A DNA stretch of 64,000 bases from Ktedonobacteria bacterium (GTDB lineage: Bacteria; Chloroflexota; Ktedonobacteria; Ktedonobacterales; JACDGC01), in contig DAIDIC010000093.1 in the NCBI GenBank assembly GCA_027459525.1, positions 8,039-72,038 of the forward strand, given 5' to 3'. Below, in pieces: positions 10,405 to 19,997 of the stretch. A program made the translations under genes and the position numbers. Within the stretch, counting starts at the first letter, position 1; every line of letters begins with the position of its first letter. Below the pieces are notes generated by a model. That model had not been told where the DNA came from, made no database searches, and saw only the letters and a list, made by a program, of their open reading frames with translations.

Positions 10405-12093
10405 CTGCGGTGGAAGCACTTCTAACCCAAGTGTGCCGGTTGCTGAATCGGTTGAATCAGTTGCTACCGCAACCTTTACCGAATTGATATACATGGAAAT
10501 AGTAGAGCTGTTTACCTCGGCAGTTACGGTGTAAGTTTTAGCGACAGCAACGTTACCGCTGGCAAGTGTTGTAAATTTACCATTACTGTCTACTGATTGC
10601 ATGGACCACGATCCATCTGAACAAATGACATACACATACATGCCATTAGCGTTGCGCCGCGCGCTTATGATACCGCAGCCATTGCTGGCTTTAGACAAAT
10701 CTTCGGTTACCTGAACCTTATAATTTACCGGCAGCAAATAGCCTTGGCCTAAAAAGCGAATTACGCCAATATTGGTTTGATCCGGCTGCGTTATCTCTAA
10801 TGCGCTTGCGCCGCACTGATAAGTTGTTGTTACTTGGGTGTCATAACTGGGGCTGGCCCACTGTGCGCCACCGGTATCACATCCCGGTCCGGGAACTTTC
10901 GCTGAGTATGGTTGGGTATATGATGGCTGAACTTCGGCCGTAGCGGTTGCCGCCGCTGAAGAAGCAGATACGCCCGCTCCGCTTTCGGGTTTAAACGAAA
11001 AGTTTGATAATAAAACCGAAGCTGAGTGCGAGTTCGGATCATTATTAAAATACATCAGCAATATATCATGGGTGGAAGAATAGGTTGTGTCAGCAAGACT
11101 GATAACTTGCTGACCATTTATACTGAACTGCATACTATCACCCTGAACATGCGCGCTGATCGTATTAGTTGTCAATAAATTATTTAAAAATCCGCTGGCA
11201 AGTAATGTTTCGGTTTTATTATCTGTTCCTAAGCGAGTTACTTCCCATAAACCATTATTATACAGCATGAATATTTGTCCGCCGTGCGGATCTTGGTGGT
11301 GTACTTCAAAACCAACCGAAACGGTTTCTTGCGGCGTTACAAACTGAGCGGCTATCGAAAGATTGTAAGACGCCGGAAATTGTGCGTTCGTATTCGATTC
11401 ATTGAAATACATTTCAGCAGTATCAGTAGTAGTATATAATGCCCCATTTGATTTACATTGAATTGTTGAATGATCGCCATTCACCGTACTGAAATTTGAA
11501 CTGGAATCACATTGCGCTGCAGGGGTATTTGTTGCATAGGATTGATAATAATTTGGGTTTCCCGCCGGCAATACTTTATATACTCCATAACCAATTGCAA
11601 TGACAGCGATAATGATCGAGATAATTAACCGGATTCGGACAAGGTTTCTTCGCGTTGTATTGGCCGGTGATTTTCGCGCCGCGCCGGCAGTATTAGATTG
11701 CAAAGCCGAAGCAGCCGGCTGCTGAGTCGGTTGAAAAGCCATCTGCCTTACATAACCGGCAAGTATATCCGCCGCTTGCGGAGTATATGGAATTGGTTGA
11801 AATGTCCAGGGGCCGTTGGGAAGATTCATCTGCTCCAGTAAAACAGCCACCAATCCGCCGCGGCGCGCGCCAACTGCGGTTACAGCCGCAACAACTGCAG
11901 GATCATTCCATGTTTTATTATTTATTACTGCAATACAAAGCGCGCTTTGCGGGGCATACATTTGCGCGCTGGTGGCGTCTGTAGCCACTGCTGTTTGTAT
12001 GCCTCTGGAAGACAGTTCGCCTGCTAATGATGATAATTCCGGCTGGTTAGGCGCTGAAACCAGCAAAACATTCGACTGAGATAGTTGTGACAC
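10351..12093 (-). CDS. Single-pass membrane protein with a TIR-like/flavodoxin-like cytoplasmic N-domain, one TM helix and two tandem concanavalin-A-like (DUF1080-like) jelly-roll ectodomains
   Basis: The N-terminal ~110 aa have an alternating beta-alpha pattern (VLLVSAPNQ..LAGELSSRGIQTAVATD..ALCIAVINN..LVAVLLEQ). The TM helix is LIISIIIAVIAIGYGVYKVL. Two modules follow; each opens with a Cys pair and ends SNFSFKP or SNFTFTP. Confidence 0.6.
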   Translation of the reverse strand: MSQLSQSNVLLVSAPNQPELSSLAGELSSRGIQTAVATDATSAQMYAPQSALCIAVINNKTWNDPAVVAAVTAVGARRGGLVAVLLEQMNLPNGPWTFQPIPYTPQAADILAGYVRQMAFQPTQQPAASALQSNTAGAARKSPANTTRRNLVRIRLIISIIIAVIAIGYGVYKVLPAGNPNYYQSYATNTPAAQCDSSSNFSTVNGDHSTIQCKSNGALYTTTDTAEMYFNESNTNAQFPASYNLSIAAQFVTPQETVSVGFEVHHQDPHGGQIFMLYNNGLWEVTRLGTDNKTETLLASGFLNNLLTTNTISAHVQGDSMQFSINGQQVISLADTTYSSTHDILLMYFNNDPNSHSASVLLSNFSFKPESGAGVSASSAAATATAEVQPSYTQPYSAKVPGPGCDTGGAQWASPSYDTQVTTTYQCGASALEITQPDQTNIGVIRFLGQGYLLPVNYKVQVTEDLSKASNGCGIISARRNANGMYVYVICSDGSWSMQSVDSNGKFTTLASGNVAVAKTYTVTAEVNSSTISMYINSVKVAVATDSTDSATGTLGLEVLPPQSGGSTVGFSNFTFTPLP

Positions 12094-12307
12094 ACTTTTC
12101 TCCTTTTTAAATACCGCGGAAATTATCTGCTATATTCCGCTCAGCCAAGAATAATTCCCAAAAACTCTAAAATGCAGGAATGGCTTTATTCCCAAGAAAA
12201 TCTCTTCAGCCAGATACATCCGGCTGACACAATATCTTCTGGCAACTCCTATGATTATCTCATAGTTTTTTACTCGCAATGTAAGGGGTTACAACAGTAT
12301 TTTTGCG

Positions 12308-13174
12308 CTAATTTCCCGTAACACGGTCTAACTGCCCACGTTCTCGCGCAAAATGTTCACAGATATAATACGCAATTATAGCTATGGTTGTCACCAAAAT
12401 AGTAGTAATTATTTGATAAAACAACGTAATTGCCCACCCGGAAGGCATACCCGGAGAAGAATAACCAAGCACCGCTCGACGAGTTAATTCTATCCAATAG
12501 GTTAAAGGAATAACCAGCGCAATATCTTTTAGAAATCCGGGCAATATAGTAATCGGAAAAATAGCGCCGGTTACTAGATATAAAGCGCCGGAAATCGCTG
12601 TAGACATATCCCATGCGCCGCGCTTCAGCACCAGCGCAAGGCCGGCAAACGCAACGCCAAAACCTATCAGGCTAATAAACCCAATCAGCATAGTTACCGT
12701 CAGTAAAAGATAATTTATGCTGAAAATATGGATAGGGATTTTAAGAAACACCACACCAATAATCAGGGTAACAGTAAAAGCAACCGCGGCCATCAAAATA
12801 CGCGGCGCGGCGCGGCCAATCAAAAATGTGATAAATCGGTGCGGCGCAATATACACATATTTCAGCATAGCATATTCTTCGCGGTCGCTTAAAACCGTTC
12901 TGGGAAACTCTCCCATTACCGTATCCACAAACGCCCATGTGGCAGCTCCAACGATTAAATAACCCAAGATCATTGTGTTAACTTTGCCGCCACTGACAAC
13001 TTCATACATAAACACTAGCACCAGCGCGGCGGAAATTGGTTTACCCAAGATATATAAAGTAAACAGCCATGGATTCGTCCAGTTGCCGCGAGTTTGCCAT
13101 TCCAGCCAAACCGCAGCGCGAAGAGAATGTATCCAACTATGTGAGTTACGCTGTTCACGTTCGGTTATTGCCAT
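12308..13174 (-). CDS. ABC-2 type exporter permease
   Basis: 288-aa protein with about 6 TMS. It overlaps the upstream permease gene by 10 nt and lies in an operon with a DrrA-type ATPase. Confidence 0.75.
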   Translation of the reverse strand: MAITEREQRNSHSWIHSLRAAVWLEWQTRGNWTNPWLFTLYILGKPISAALVLVFMYEVVSGGKVNTMILGYLIVGAATWAFVDTVMGEFPRTVLSDREEYAMLKYVYIAPHRFITFLIGRAAPRILMAAVAFTVTLIIGVVFLKIPIHIFSINYLLLTVTMLIGFISLIGFGVAFAGLALVLKRGAWDMSTAISGALYLVTGAIFPITILPGFLKDIALVIPLTYWIELTRRAVLGYSSPGMPSGWAITLFYQIITTILVTTIAIIAYYICEHFARERGQLDRVTGN

Positions 13175-14025
13175 TTTAAGGATAATCTCCCTTCTATTTT
13201 AGCCATTTTTTCGATATATTTCAGTGACCAAGACGCCCCCACTAAAAACAGCAGCGCCAACCCGCATAAAATGGCAATTTCAATGCCCGGAGGCAGAAAC
13301 GACTGCCCTAATTGCGGGAACAACATTTGTCGCATGCCGTCTAGACCGAGCGTCAGCGGAATGACTGACGCTAAACCGCCAATAACTCCACCCAGCGCGC
13401 GCACCGGAAAATAAAATCCGGTTACCAAAGATACCGGATCTTGCACAACTTCCTGAATTGCCCACACTTCACGGTTATACATAAGGTACAAGCTGGCGAG
13501 CATGGATCCTAAGCCATACAACGCTACCATAGTAAGGATGAAGATGAGAATCAGCAGCGGCGCCGAAACAATTTGGTAGGTAACGCCAAATATCAGCGAG
13601 CCAATGAGCAAAATAACTATCGACCTGAACAATGTAGCCACCATGCCGCCAAAAGCCATTCCGGCTAATATCCACAGCATAGATGAAGGAGCCATTAAGT
13701 ACAGCTCCAAATTGCCTGTTTGCCTTTCCCAGTGCAGCTGCCCTGCCATAGACCACAATACATTCGTCCAAAACGCCAGCATAGCGCCGCCTAACACAAC
13801 AAATCCGGTATATTGCGGCCGGCCCAGCGACTTATAGACAAACCCAAACGCAATGACCTGTAAAACGGGCAAAGCCACTTCATAAAACACCCAATCGGGT
13901 TCACGCGCGGCAGAAACAATGCGCGGATATGCCCGACCGATAAGTGTTCTCCAGCCTAAACGCAATGTTTCACGCCACTGAGAACCCTCAACGTGTTGAT
14001 TTGGTGATATATCCATCATGTCCAT
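13165..14025 (-). CDS. ABC-2 type exporter permease
   Basis: 286-aa polytopic protein whose start abuts the ATPase stop. Confidence 0.75.
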   Translation of the reverse strand: MDMMDISPNQHVEGSQWRETLRLGWRTLIGRAYPRIVSAAREPDWVFYEVALPVLQVIAFGFVYKSLGRPQYTGFVVLGGAMLAFWTNVLWSMAGQLHWERQTGNLELYLMAPSSMLWILAGMAFGGMVATLFRSIVILLIGSLIFGVTYQIVSAPLLILIFILTMVALYGLGSMLASLYLMYNREVWAIQEVVQDPVSLVTGFYFPVRALGGVIGGLASVIPLTLGLDGMRQMLFPQLGQSFLPPGIEIAILCGLALLFLVGASWSLKYIEKMAKIEGRLSLKWQ

Positions 14026-15071
14026 TACACCTCATCCTCGCCGGCGGCTTTATCTTCATCGGAATTGCCGACCAGCCGCATAAATACTTCCTCCAGTGTC
14101 GGCTCTATGCGCCGCAGCGTTAAAACATGGCCGCCGGCGCTGCTGATTGTTTGCATTGCTGAAGTAATATATTCCTCATTTTCCAGCGCAATTTGCACTG
14201 AAACTTTGCCTTTTTTGTTCATCGTCTGTGCGCTGACTACACCACGCGATTGCTTCAATTCTTCTTCAAACGCAGGCGCCCATTCCGACAATTCAAACTG
14301 AAAGCGCGCGTGTTCTTGCAAACCTTTTTTCAAATCGTCTGTTTCTCCTTGCGCAACAATCTGCCCATGATTGATAATAGCTACACGATCACACAATTCA
14401 TCGGCCTCAAACATATAGTGCGTTGTTAACAGCACCGTCCTGCCAGGTTTTTCCTGCATCCAAGACCGCACATAATCGCGGACGATACGCGAAGCTTCAA
14501 CATCCAAACCAACGGTCGGCTCATCTAAAAAGAGAATTTCCGGATCAGAAACCAGAGCGCGGCACAGGTTCATACGCTGCCGCATTCCGGTGGAAAGCGC
14601 GTACACTTTTTGATTTGCCTGATCACCCAGACCGACTGCTTCCAGCAGTTGATCGATTTTTTTATGCGCGGCTTGGGAAGTAACGCCATAAAATTGAGCA
14701 AACATCCACAATTGTTCTCGCACGGTAAGAATGCCATAGCCAGATTGTTCTCCTCCGCTAACCATGGCAATTTTTTTGCGGATGGGAATAACATATTTAT
14801 TCACATCTAATCCATCAACATAAGCTTCTCCGGAGGTAGGTGATAATAATGTGGTTAAAATTTTGATAAGCGTCGTTTTACCGGCGCCGTTTCTGCCAAG
14901 TAAACCAAATAACTCGCCTTTTTGTATGGTTAAACTGACGCCATCCAGCGCCGTTACCGATTTGCCCGCTTTTTGGCCGCCAAATGTAAAACCACTGCGT
15001 GATTTATATACTCTGCGCACATCAATGGTTTGAATTGCCGGCGCTCCGGGATATAATTGGGTTGCTGTCAT
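14025..15071 (-). CDS. ABC transporter ATP-binding protein (ABC-2/DrrA-like)
   Basis: Walker A GRNGAGKTT, signature LSTGMRQR, Walker B ILFLDEPTVGLD, H-loop TTHYM. Confidence 0.9.
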   Translation of the reverse strand: MTATQLYPGAPAIQTIDVRRVYKSRSGFTFGGQKAGKSVTALDGVSLTIQKGELFGLLGRNGAGKTTLIKILTTLLSPTSGEAYVDGLDVNKYVIPIRKKIAMVSGGEQSGYGILTVREQLWMFAQFYGVTSQAAHKKIDQLLEAVGLGDQANQKVYALSTGMRQRMNLCRALVSDPEILFLDEPTVGLDVEASRIVRDYVRSWMQEKPGRTVLLTTHYMFEADELCDRVAIINHGQIVAQGETDDLKKGLQEHARFQFELSEWAPAFEEELKQSRGVVSAQTMNKKGKVSVQIALENEEYITSAMQTISSAGGHVLTLRRIEPTLEEVFMRLVGNSDEDKAAGEDEV

Positions 15072-15614
15072 GAAAAAAGTGCCTCCAATATACTACTAAA
15101 CATTCGGAACATGCAGGTGTACGCTTGCCAAAACGTATTGTTTGCCATATTGCAGCGCCCATATGTCGGGCCGCTCATCAGGCTTTCAGTCAAATGTGTT
15201 ATTGCGTGTACATATAGCGCTTTATTGACGCGAAAAATGAAACGTGATCAATTCAATTTCCGCAAAAAACCATATAGGCGCATGTTTGCGTGTAAAAGCG
15301 TAGGTATATCTCAAAAAAGACAGAGTTATAGCGCAAAAGCGCAAACACCATACGCAGCAAAAGTTCTGGCTTAATTTCCGTCCTGCAACGAAAAATGGAA
15401 AAGGGTTAATTAGTGAGGAAAAGGTGAAGCGCCCCCACAACATAATTTCTAAGCGCATTGAAAAATATTTTTTGAGCCGATCTTCGTTTTACCATCTGTC
15501 GAGACGCCCCTTTCTTTAAAAATGAGGAATAATAACTATATTTACCATACCATATTTGTATGATATCTGTCAAACTTATTTCAAAAAATTACAATTAGCC
15601 CGCCCAAACCGCAC

Positions 15615-16118
15615 TTATTCCGGTCCGCTTTGAAATGGGAGCGATCTGCCTGTTTCAAGCAAAGTCTTAAGCCCGCTGAGGATCTCATTCCATCCGCCTC
15701 CTGCGCCGTGAGATTCGTATTCACCGCGCAGAACAGCTGCCCACAGCGGCGCACCTGTCAAATCATGAGTAACACTCAGCCGCGAGACACCACCCCGCAC
15801 GGGCTGTATATCATAGGTAACAGTTGTGAAGCCTTCTGCCGCCATTTCAGGCGTCATTGTCATGCGCCAAGTTTGCACAAGTTTAAAAGGCGGATCGACT
15901 TCCAGAACCTCACCATCGCTAACAATATCCGGGCAGTTTAACTGCTTCATGCCTTCGTTTGCATAGGCGCAGAAAGCCCCGCCGGAACGTAAATCATATG
16001 CAACCAAAGGAGCATACCCATATTTCACCGTCCACTCGGGTTTGGTAATTGCCTCCCATATTGCCTCCGGTGAAGCATAGATATAGATACAGTACAACTG
16101 TATAGTTGCGGCGTTCAT
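15615..16118 (-). CDS. SRPBCC (AHSA1/START-like) family protein
   Basis: The N-terminal pattern IYASPEAIWEAITKPEWTVKY is typical of Aha1/SRPBCC proteins. 167 aa, with a GGAGG upstream. Confidence 0.7.
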   Translation of the reverse strand: MNAATIQLYCIYIYASPEAIWEAITKPEWTVKYGYAPLVAYDLRSGGAFCAYANEGMKQLNCPDIVSDGEVLEVDPPFKLVQTWRMTMTPEMAAEGFTTVTYDIQPVRGGVSRLSVTHDLTGAPLWAAVLRGEYESHGAGGGWNEILSGLKTLLETGRSLPFQSGPE

Positions 16119-16589
16119 TGATTATGGGCCTCCGGTTGCGCTTTGAATTTGTCCAGCATTACAGTTTGATGATTATTGAACGCAAACTCCATGCCATTTC
16201 ATACATATATTCTATATCATTTTTCTGTATATGGCGGCAACATTTTCGGAAATGTGTCAAAGTAACCTGATAGAAATTTCCAACAATTTATGAGAGATTT
16301 TACAAAACAGCGCAAAAACAAAATCAAATTTAAAAATCAGTTCAATATAAAAAATATTTTGTGGGCATAAAACATTTTGCGCTGCATTTTATTTTATCAC
16401 TTGATATTTCCATATATTTTTTGATTAGCTATAAATATATTTTCAATAGTAGTTGGCAGATTAAAACATGCCATTCATTATCTATATATTTGATACATAT
16501 TATTGCTTTATAAATAATATTTTAAAGATATATTCTTTATTTTGTATTTTATTATCAATTTTTACAACAAAATGGAAAGGAGTGTAAGC

Positions 16590-16829
16590 ATGAGCAATAA
16601 ACATAATGAGCACGAAGTATGCGCTAATTGTGGTTTTTATGGCGCTAAATTAATCATATTTAAGCCATCTATAAACTCTATAGCGCCTAAACCAGAAAGT
16701 CAATTTCAAGAACCTTCGATGAAGGATAGCATTTTAAAACTTGCATTAGCGGCTGGGATAATTGTATTAAAACAAACTGAAATTGCTTATTTTTATTTCT
16801 GCCCAAAATGCAAACATGTTTTTCGATAA
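16590..16829 (+). CDS. Small hypothetical zinc-ribbon-like protein (79 aa)
   Basis: GGAAAGGAG RBS at 16574-16582, then ATG 16590. CxxC pairs at both ends (CANCG ... CPKCKH). The gene is embedded in a very AT-rich islet. Confidence 0.45.
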   Translation: MSNKHNEHEVCANCGFYGAKLIIFKPSINSIAPKPESQFQEPSMKDSILKLALAAGIIVLKQTEIAYFYFCPKCKHVFR

Positions 16830-17117
16830 CTCATACTGTCGATTGCGGTATAATTGCTCGCTTTATATGTCTGTCATTCGGCGCAAACATTACCGGCATT
16901 ACCAGAAATCTATAACATTCACATCATTGAATGATACTCTCTTTGCATTTGGTTCAAAGCAATCGCATAGAAATGTGAATCTGCCATACTAAGTTTTGAG
17001 GGGATTCACTTCGCGATTGCTCACATCCGAATATATTTTTCTGAGCAAGTTACATGTCAGAGAGCAATATTTTTCGGATCATCTCACACAGATACTCCAT
17101 GTCATTGTTAGATAAAA

Positions 17118-17963
17118 TCACTTACCAACCGGTGGACCGGATCGAATGCGCGCGCGAATATCTTCGGGGTAATTTGGGCCAGACCACATCGTTTCTATCC
17201 ACCAAGTCATGCCTGCATCTATAAATGGCTGCAATTTTTCAAGGGCCTTCTGAGGATCGGTCGACGTCTTTCCTTCAAGCACAATTTCAAATGGGCCTTT
17301 ATCTTGTCTTTGTGCTGAAACATAATCATAAATCATATGTACATCTTCAGGGATTGTTTGCCGCCATTCGCCTTGCTCGTTACATATTGCAGGAAGAACG
17401 CCGTCCCAGTGTAGGATTCGGCGCATTGATTTTGCGCGAGGCCAGACACCAACAACCCAAATCGGTGGTCGCGGCTGCTGAACAGGTTTAGGCAGAATTT
17501 GGATATTTTCAATATGATAATGTTTGCCCTGAAAAGAAAAAGGCTCCCCACTCCATAATCCATCTATGATTGCTAATCCTTCGTCTAACAATTCTGCTCG
17601 AATCTTGCGATCAAGCGTATCGCCAACTGCCTCAAATCCCAAATCATCCTTAGAGCCTAATCCAACAGGCAAAACAATTCGACCTTCTGAGAGATGATCC
17701 AATGTCAACACTTCACGAGCCAGCTTCCATGGCCTGCGCCGGGAAACCGGCGTCACCATCGGACCCAATATAACCCTATTCGTACACATTGCCATTGCGC
17801 CAAGTGTAACCCATGGATCTTCAAATGAAAGTATCCCTTCAGTAGTTCGGATCGAAATGGCGTCAGGAATGAAAACACCATCCCATCCTGCTTGTTCAGC
17901 TTCATGAGACATTTCAGCGCAAAAACGCGCCGATCCTCCGGGAATAACAAAGCCATATCGCAT
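17118..17963 (-). CDS. LLM-class (luciferase-like) flavin/F420-dependent oxidoreductase
   Basis: The MRYGFVIPGG...AEQAGWDGVFIPD N-terminus and the overall length (281 aa) are typical of the luciferase-like monooxygenase family. Confidence 0.75.
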   Translation of the reverse strand: MRYGFVIPGGSARFCAEMSHEAEQAGWDGVFIPDAISIRTTEGILSFEDPWVTLGAMAMCTNRVILGPMVTPVSRRRPWKLAREVLTLDHLSEGRIVLPVGLGSKDDLGFEAVGDTLDRKIRAELLDEGLAIIDGLWSGEPFSFQGKHYHIENIQILPKPVQQPRPPIWVVGVWPRAKSMRRILHWDGVLPAICNEQGEWRQTIPEDVHMIYDYVSAQRQDKGPFEIVLEGKTSTDPQKALEKLQPFIDAGMTWWIETMWSGPNYPEDIRARIRSGPPVGK

Positions 17964-18083
17964 TTTCTATAACTCCTGCGTCAAATTAGGACTTTTGCTT
18001 ATATTCTAACCATTTTTCTGGTTTTGAGCAAAGCCTTAAGTCTGCTGATGATTGAAAAGGCAATAGGAGCAGACGCTGCAGTA

Positions 18084-19289
18084 TTAAATATATGGAACTA
18101 TATGAATATCAGCGCCGGTTGATAGCCGCAGCAAGCGATTGACAACAGACCCCCATCTGAGTTCTTCCCATTTTGATTTCATTGGCTGACCGATAACAAT
18201 CTGCGTTGCATGATATTCACGCGCAGTTTCTGCTAATTTTGTGGCAATATCTTTACCTTGAACACGAATCACTTCAATACCAAGTTCTTCAGCTAAATAA
18301 ATTGCGTCTTTGAGAAAGGTCTTCTCTAGCCCCGAGTAATACTTCTTACTTTCAATAGTCACAGCTAAAATTGGCGCTCTTAACCCATGCGCCAAACGCC
18401 AACCAACGCGCAGCAATTGCTTTGAGTGCAGCCTGCCGTCAAAAGCAACCATGACCCGCTCTGTTGCAGTTCGCCCCCATGCAGAAGTATGTTCATTACC
18501 ATCCTTGCGTGTCATCATTTCCAATTGATCTTCGGTTTTTGCAGCAACACAGCGCAAAGCTAACTCACGCAGAGCAGTAAGATTGCTTAGCGTAAAATAT
18601 TGCTGTAGTGCTTGATTTACACGATCCAGTGGATACACATTTCCGTGACGCATACGTGAACGCAAAGCGTCAGGAGTAATATCAATCAATTCAACTTCAT
18701 CAGCTTTATCCAGAAAAAGATCGGGCAATGTCTCGCGTTGTCGTATGCCTGTTATTGATTCAATAATATCATTCAAACTTTCAAGGTGCTGAATATTTAA
18801 GGTTGTAATTACAATAATTCCAGCTTGCAACAGTGTTTCAACATCTTGATACCGCTTTGTATTATAGGAACCTGGAACATTGGTATGAGCTAATTCATCT
18901 ACCAACACCACTTGAGGATGCCGCTTCATGATCGCATCAATATCCATTTCCTGCAGCGCTATTTCCCGATAAAGAACATGTTTACGAGGAATGATTTCCA
19001 AGTCACCAATTTGTTCCTCTGTAATTGGGCGATGATGTGTCTCAATATAGCCAATAACAACATCTGCGCCTCGTGTTTTGCGGCGGCGTCCCTCATTGAG
19101 CATTGCATACGTTTTTCCAACACCAGGAGCCATTCCCAAATAAACCCGCAATCTTCCAAGCTTGCGAGAATGCAAACGTTTGTCATCACTACAACTTGCA
19201 AAGGAAGATGGAGAATCTCGTAATTGATAACGATCTAACAACTCATCCGGATTGGGTCGAATATATTCGTTTTGAGAAAACTGGCTCAT
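18084..19289 (-). CDS. kdpD: Stand-alone KdpD N-terminal sensor domain plus Usp domain, with no kinase core
   Basis: GRLRVYLGMAPGVGKTYAMLNEGRRRKTRGADVVIGYIETHHRP is the KdpD N-domain with a Walker-A-like loop. The C-terminal half is Usp-like. The protein ends before any TM or HisKA region. The gene lies 21 nt downstream of kdpC. Confidence 0.85.
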   Translation of the reverse strand: MSQFSQNEYIRPNPDELLDRYQLRDSPSSFASCSDDKRLHSRKLGRLRVYLGMAPGVGKTYAMLNEGRRRKTRGADVVIGYIETHHRPITEEQIGDLEIIPRKHVLYREIALQEMDIDAIMKRHPQVVLVDELAHTNVPGSYNTKRYQDVETLLQAGIIVITTLNIQHLESLNDIIESITGIRQRETLPDLFLDKADEVELIDITPDALRSRMRHGNVYPLDRVNQALQQYFTLSNLTALRELALRCVAAKTEDQLEMMTRKDGNEHTSAWGRTATERVMVAFDGRLHSKQLLRVGWRLAHGLRAPILAVTIESKKYYSGLEKTFLKDAIYLAEELGIEVIRVQGKDIATKLAETAREYHATQIVIGQPMKSKWEELRWGSVVNRLLRLSTGADIHIVPYI

Positions 19290-19310
19290 ACTGCGTCTGC
19301 CTTATGTTCA

Positions 19311-19997
19311 TTATTTTTTTTGCGCTTGATCAAGCGCAAGATTTAATTCAAGAACGTTAACGTAAGGATCGCCAAATATACCCAAAAAACGCCCATGGAT
19401 ATGTGCGTCAACAATTTGACGGACTTGACTTTGCGTCATTCCACGTGCTTTAGCAACGCGAGGTATTTGGTAATATGCGCCTGCAACAGATATATCAGGA
19501 TCTAATCCAGAAGCAGAAGATGTAACTAGATCAACTGGTATTGGTGTGTTTGCTGGCACATCAGGGTTTTCTTTTTTTAGCGCAATAATATTTGCCTGTA
19601 CTTCCGATTGCAAAGCAGAGCTTGTTGGTCCATAATTAGTCCCAGATGAATTGTCAGCGTTATATGGGGAAGGTGTTCCAAGCAGGTTCGTAGTTGCTGA
19701 TGGCCGCCCATGAAAATATTGCGCTTGAGTCCAATATTGACCAATAATACTAGACGCAATTGGCTTACCATTTTTATACACCAGCGAACCATTTGCTTGA
19801 CTTGGAAAAAGCGCCTGCGCAATTCCAGTAATTGCAATTGGATATATTATACTGACAAGCCCAGCAATTAAAACCGTCAGTATTATTGCTGGACGCAAGT
19901 ATTTTAAGATCAACCGCCAAACCGAAGACGCTAAAAAAGCAGATGATTTCGATGTGTTTTGTGTATAAATAGACATAGAAATTTTCCCTTTCTTCAT
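19311..19997 (-). CDS. kdpC: Potassium-transporting ATPase subunit C
   Basis: N-terminal TM helix, then QALFPSQANGSLV...; the SGLDPDIS motif is present. The start overlaps the kdpB stop (TAATG). Confidence 0.9.
   Translation of the reverse strand: MKKGKISMSIYTQNTSKSSAFLASSVWRLILKYLRPAIILTVLIAGLVSIIYPIAITGIAQALFPSQANGSLVYKNGKPIASSIIGQYWTQAQYFHGRPSATTNLLGTPSPYNADNSSGTNYGPTSSALQSEVQANIIALKKENPDVPANTPIPVDLVTSSASGLDPDISVAGAYYQIPRVAKARGMTQSQVRQIVDAHIHGRFLGIFGDPYVNVLELNLALDQAQKK

Noticed and set aside
15057-15458. Track ORFs 15057-15374 (+) and 15222-15458 (-) in the gap upstream of the ABC-2 operon, and 16783-16992 (+) in the AT-rich islet.
   Set aside because: They overlap one another or neighbouring genes, lack an RBS and have low-complexity composition. 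I treat them as non-coding.
18045-18057. A CTGATGA..GAAA string resembling a hammerhead ribozyme core.
   Set aside because: There is no stem II between the two boxes. There are no flanking helices I or III, and no cleavage-site context.
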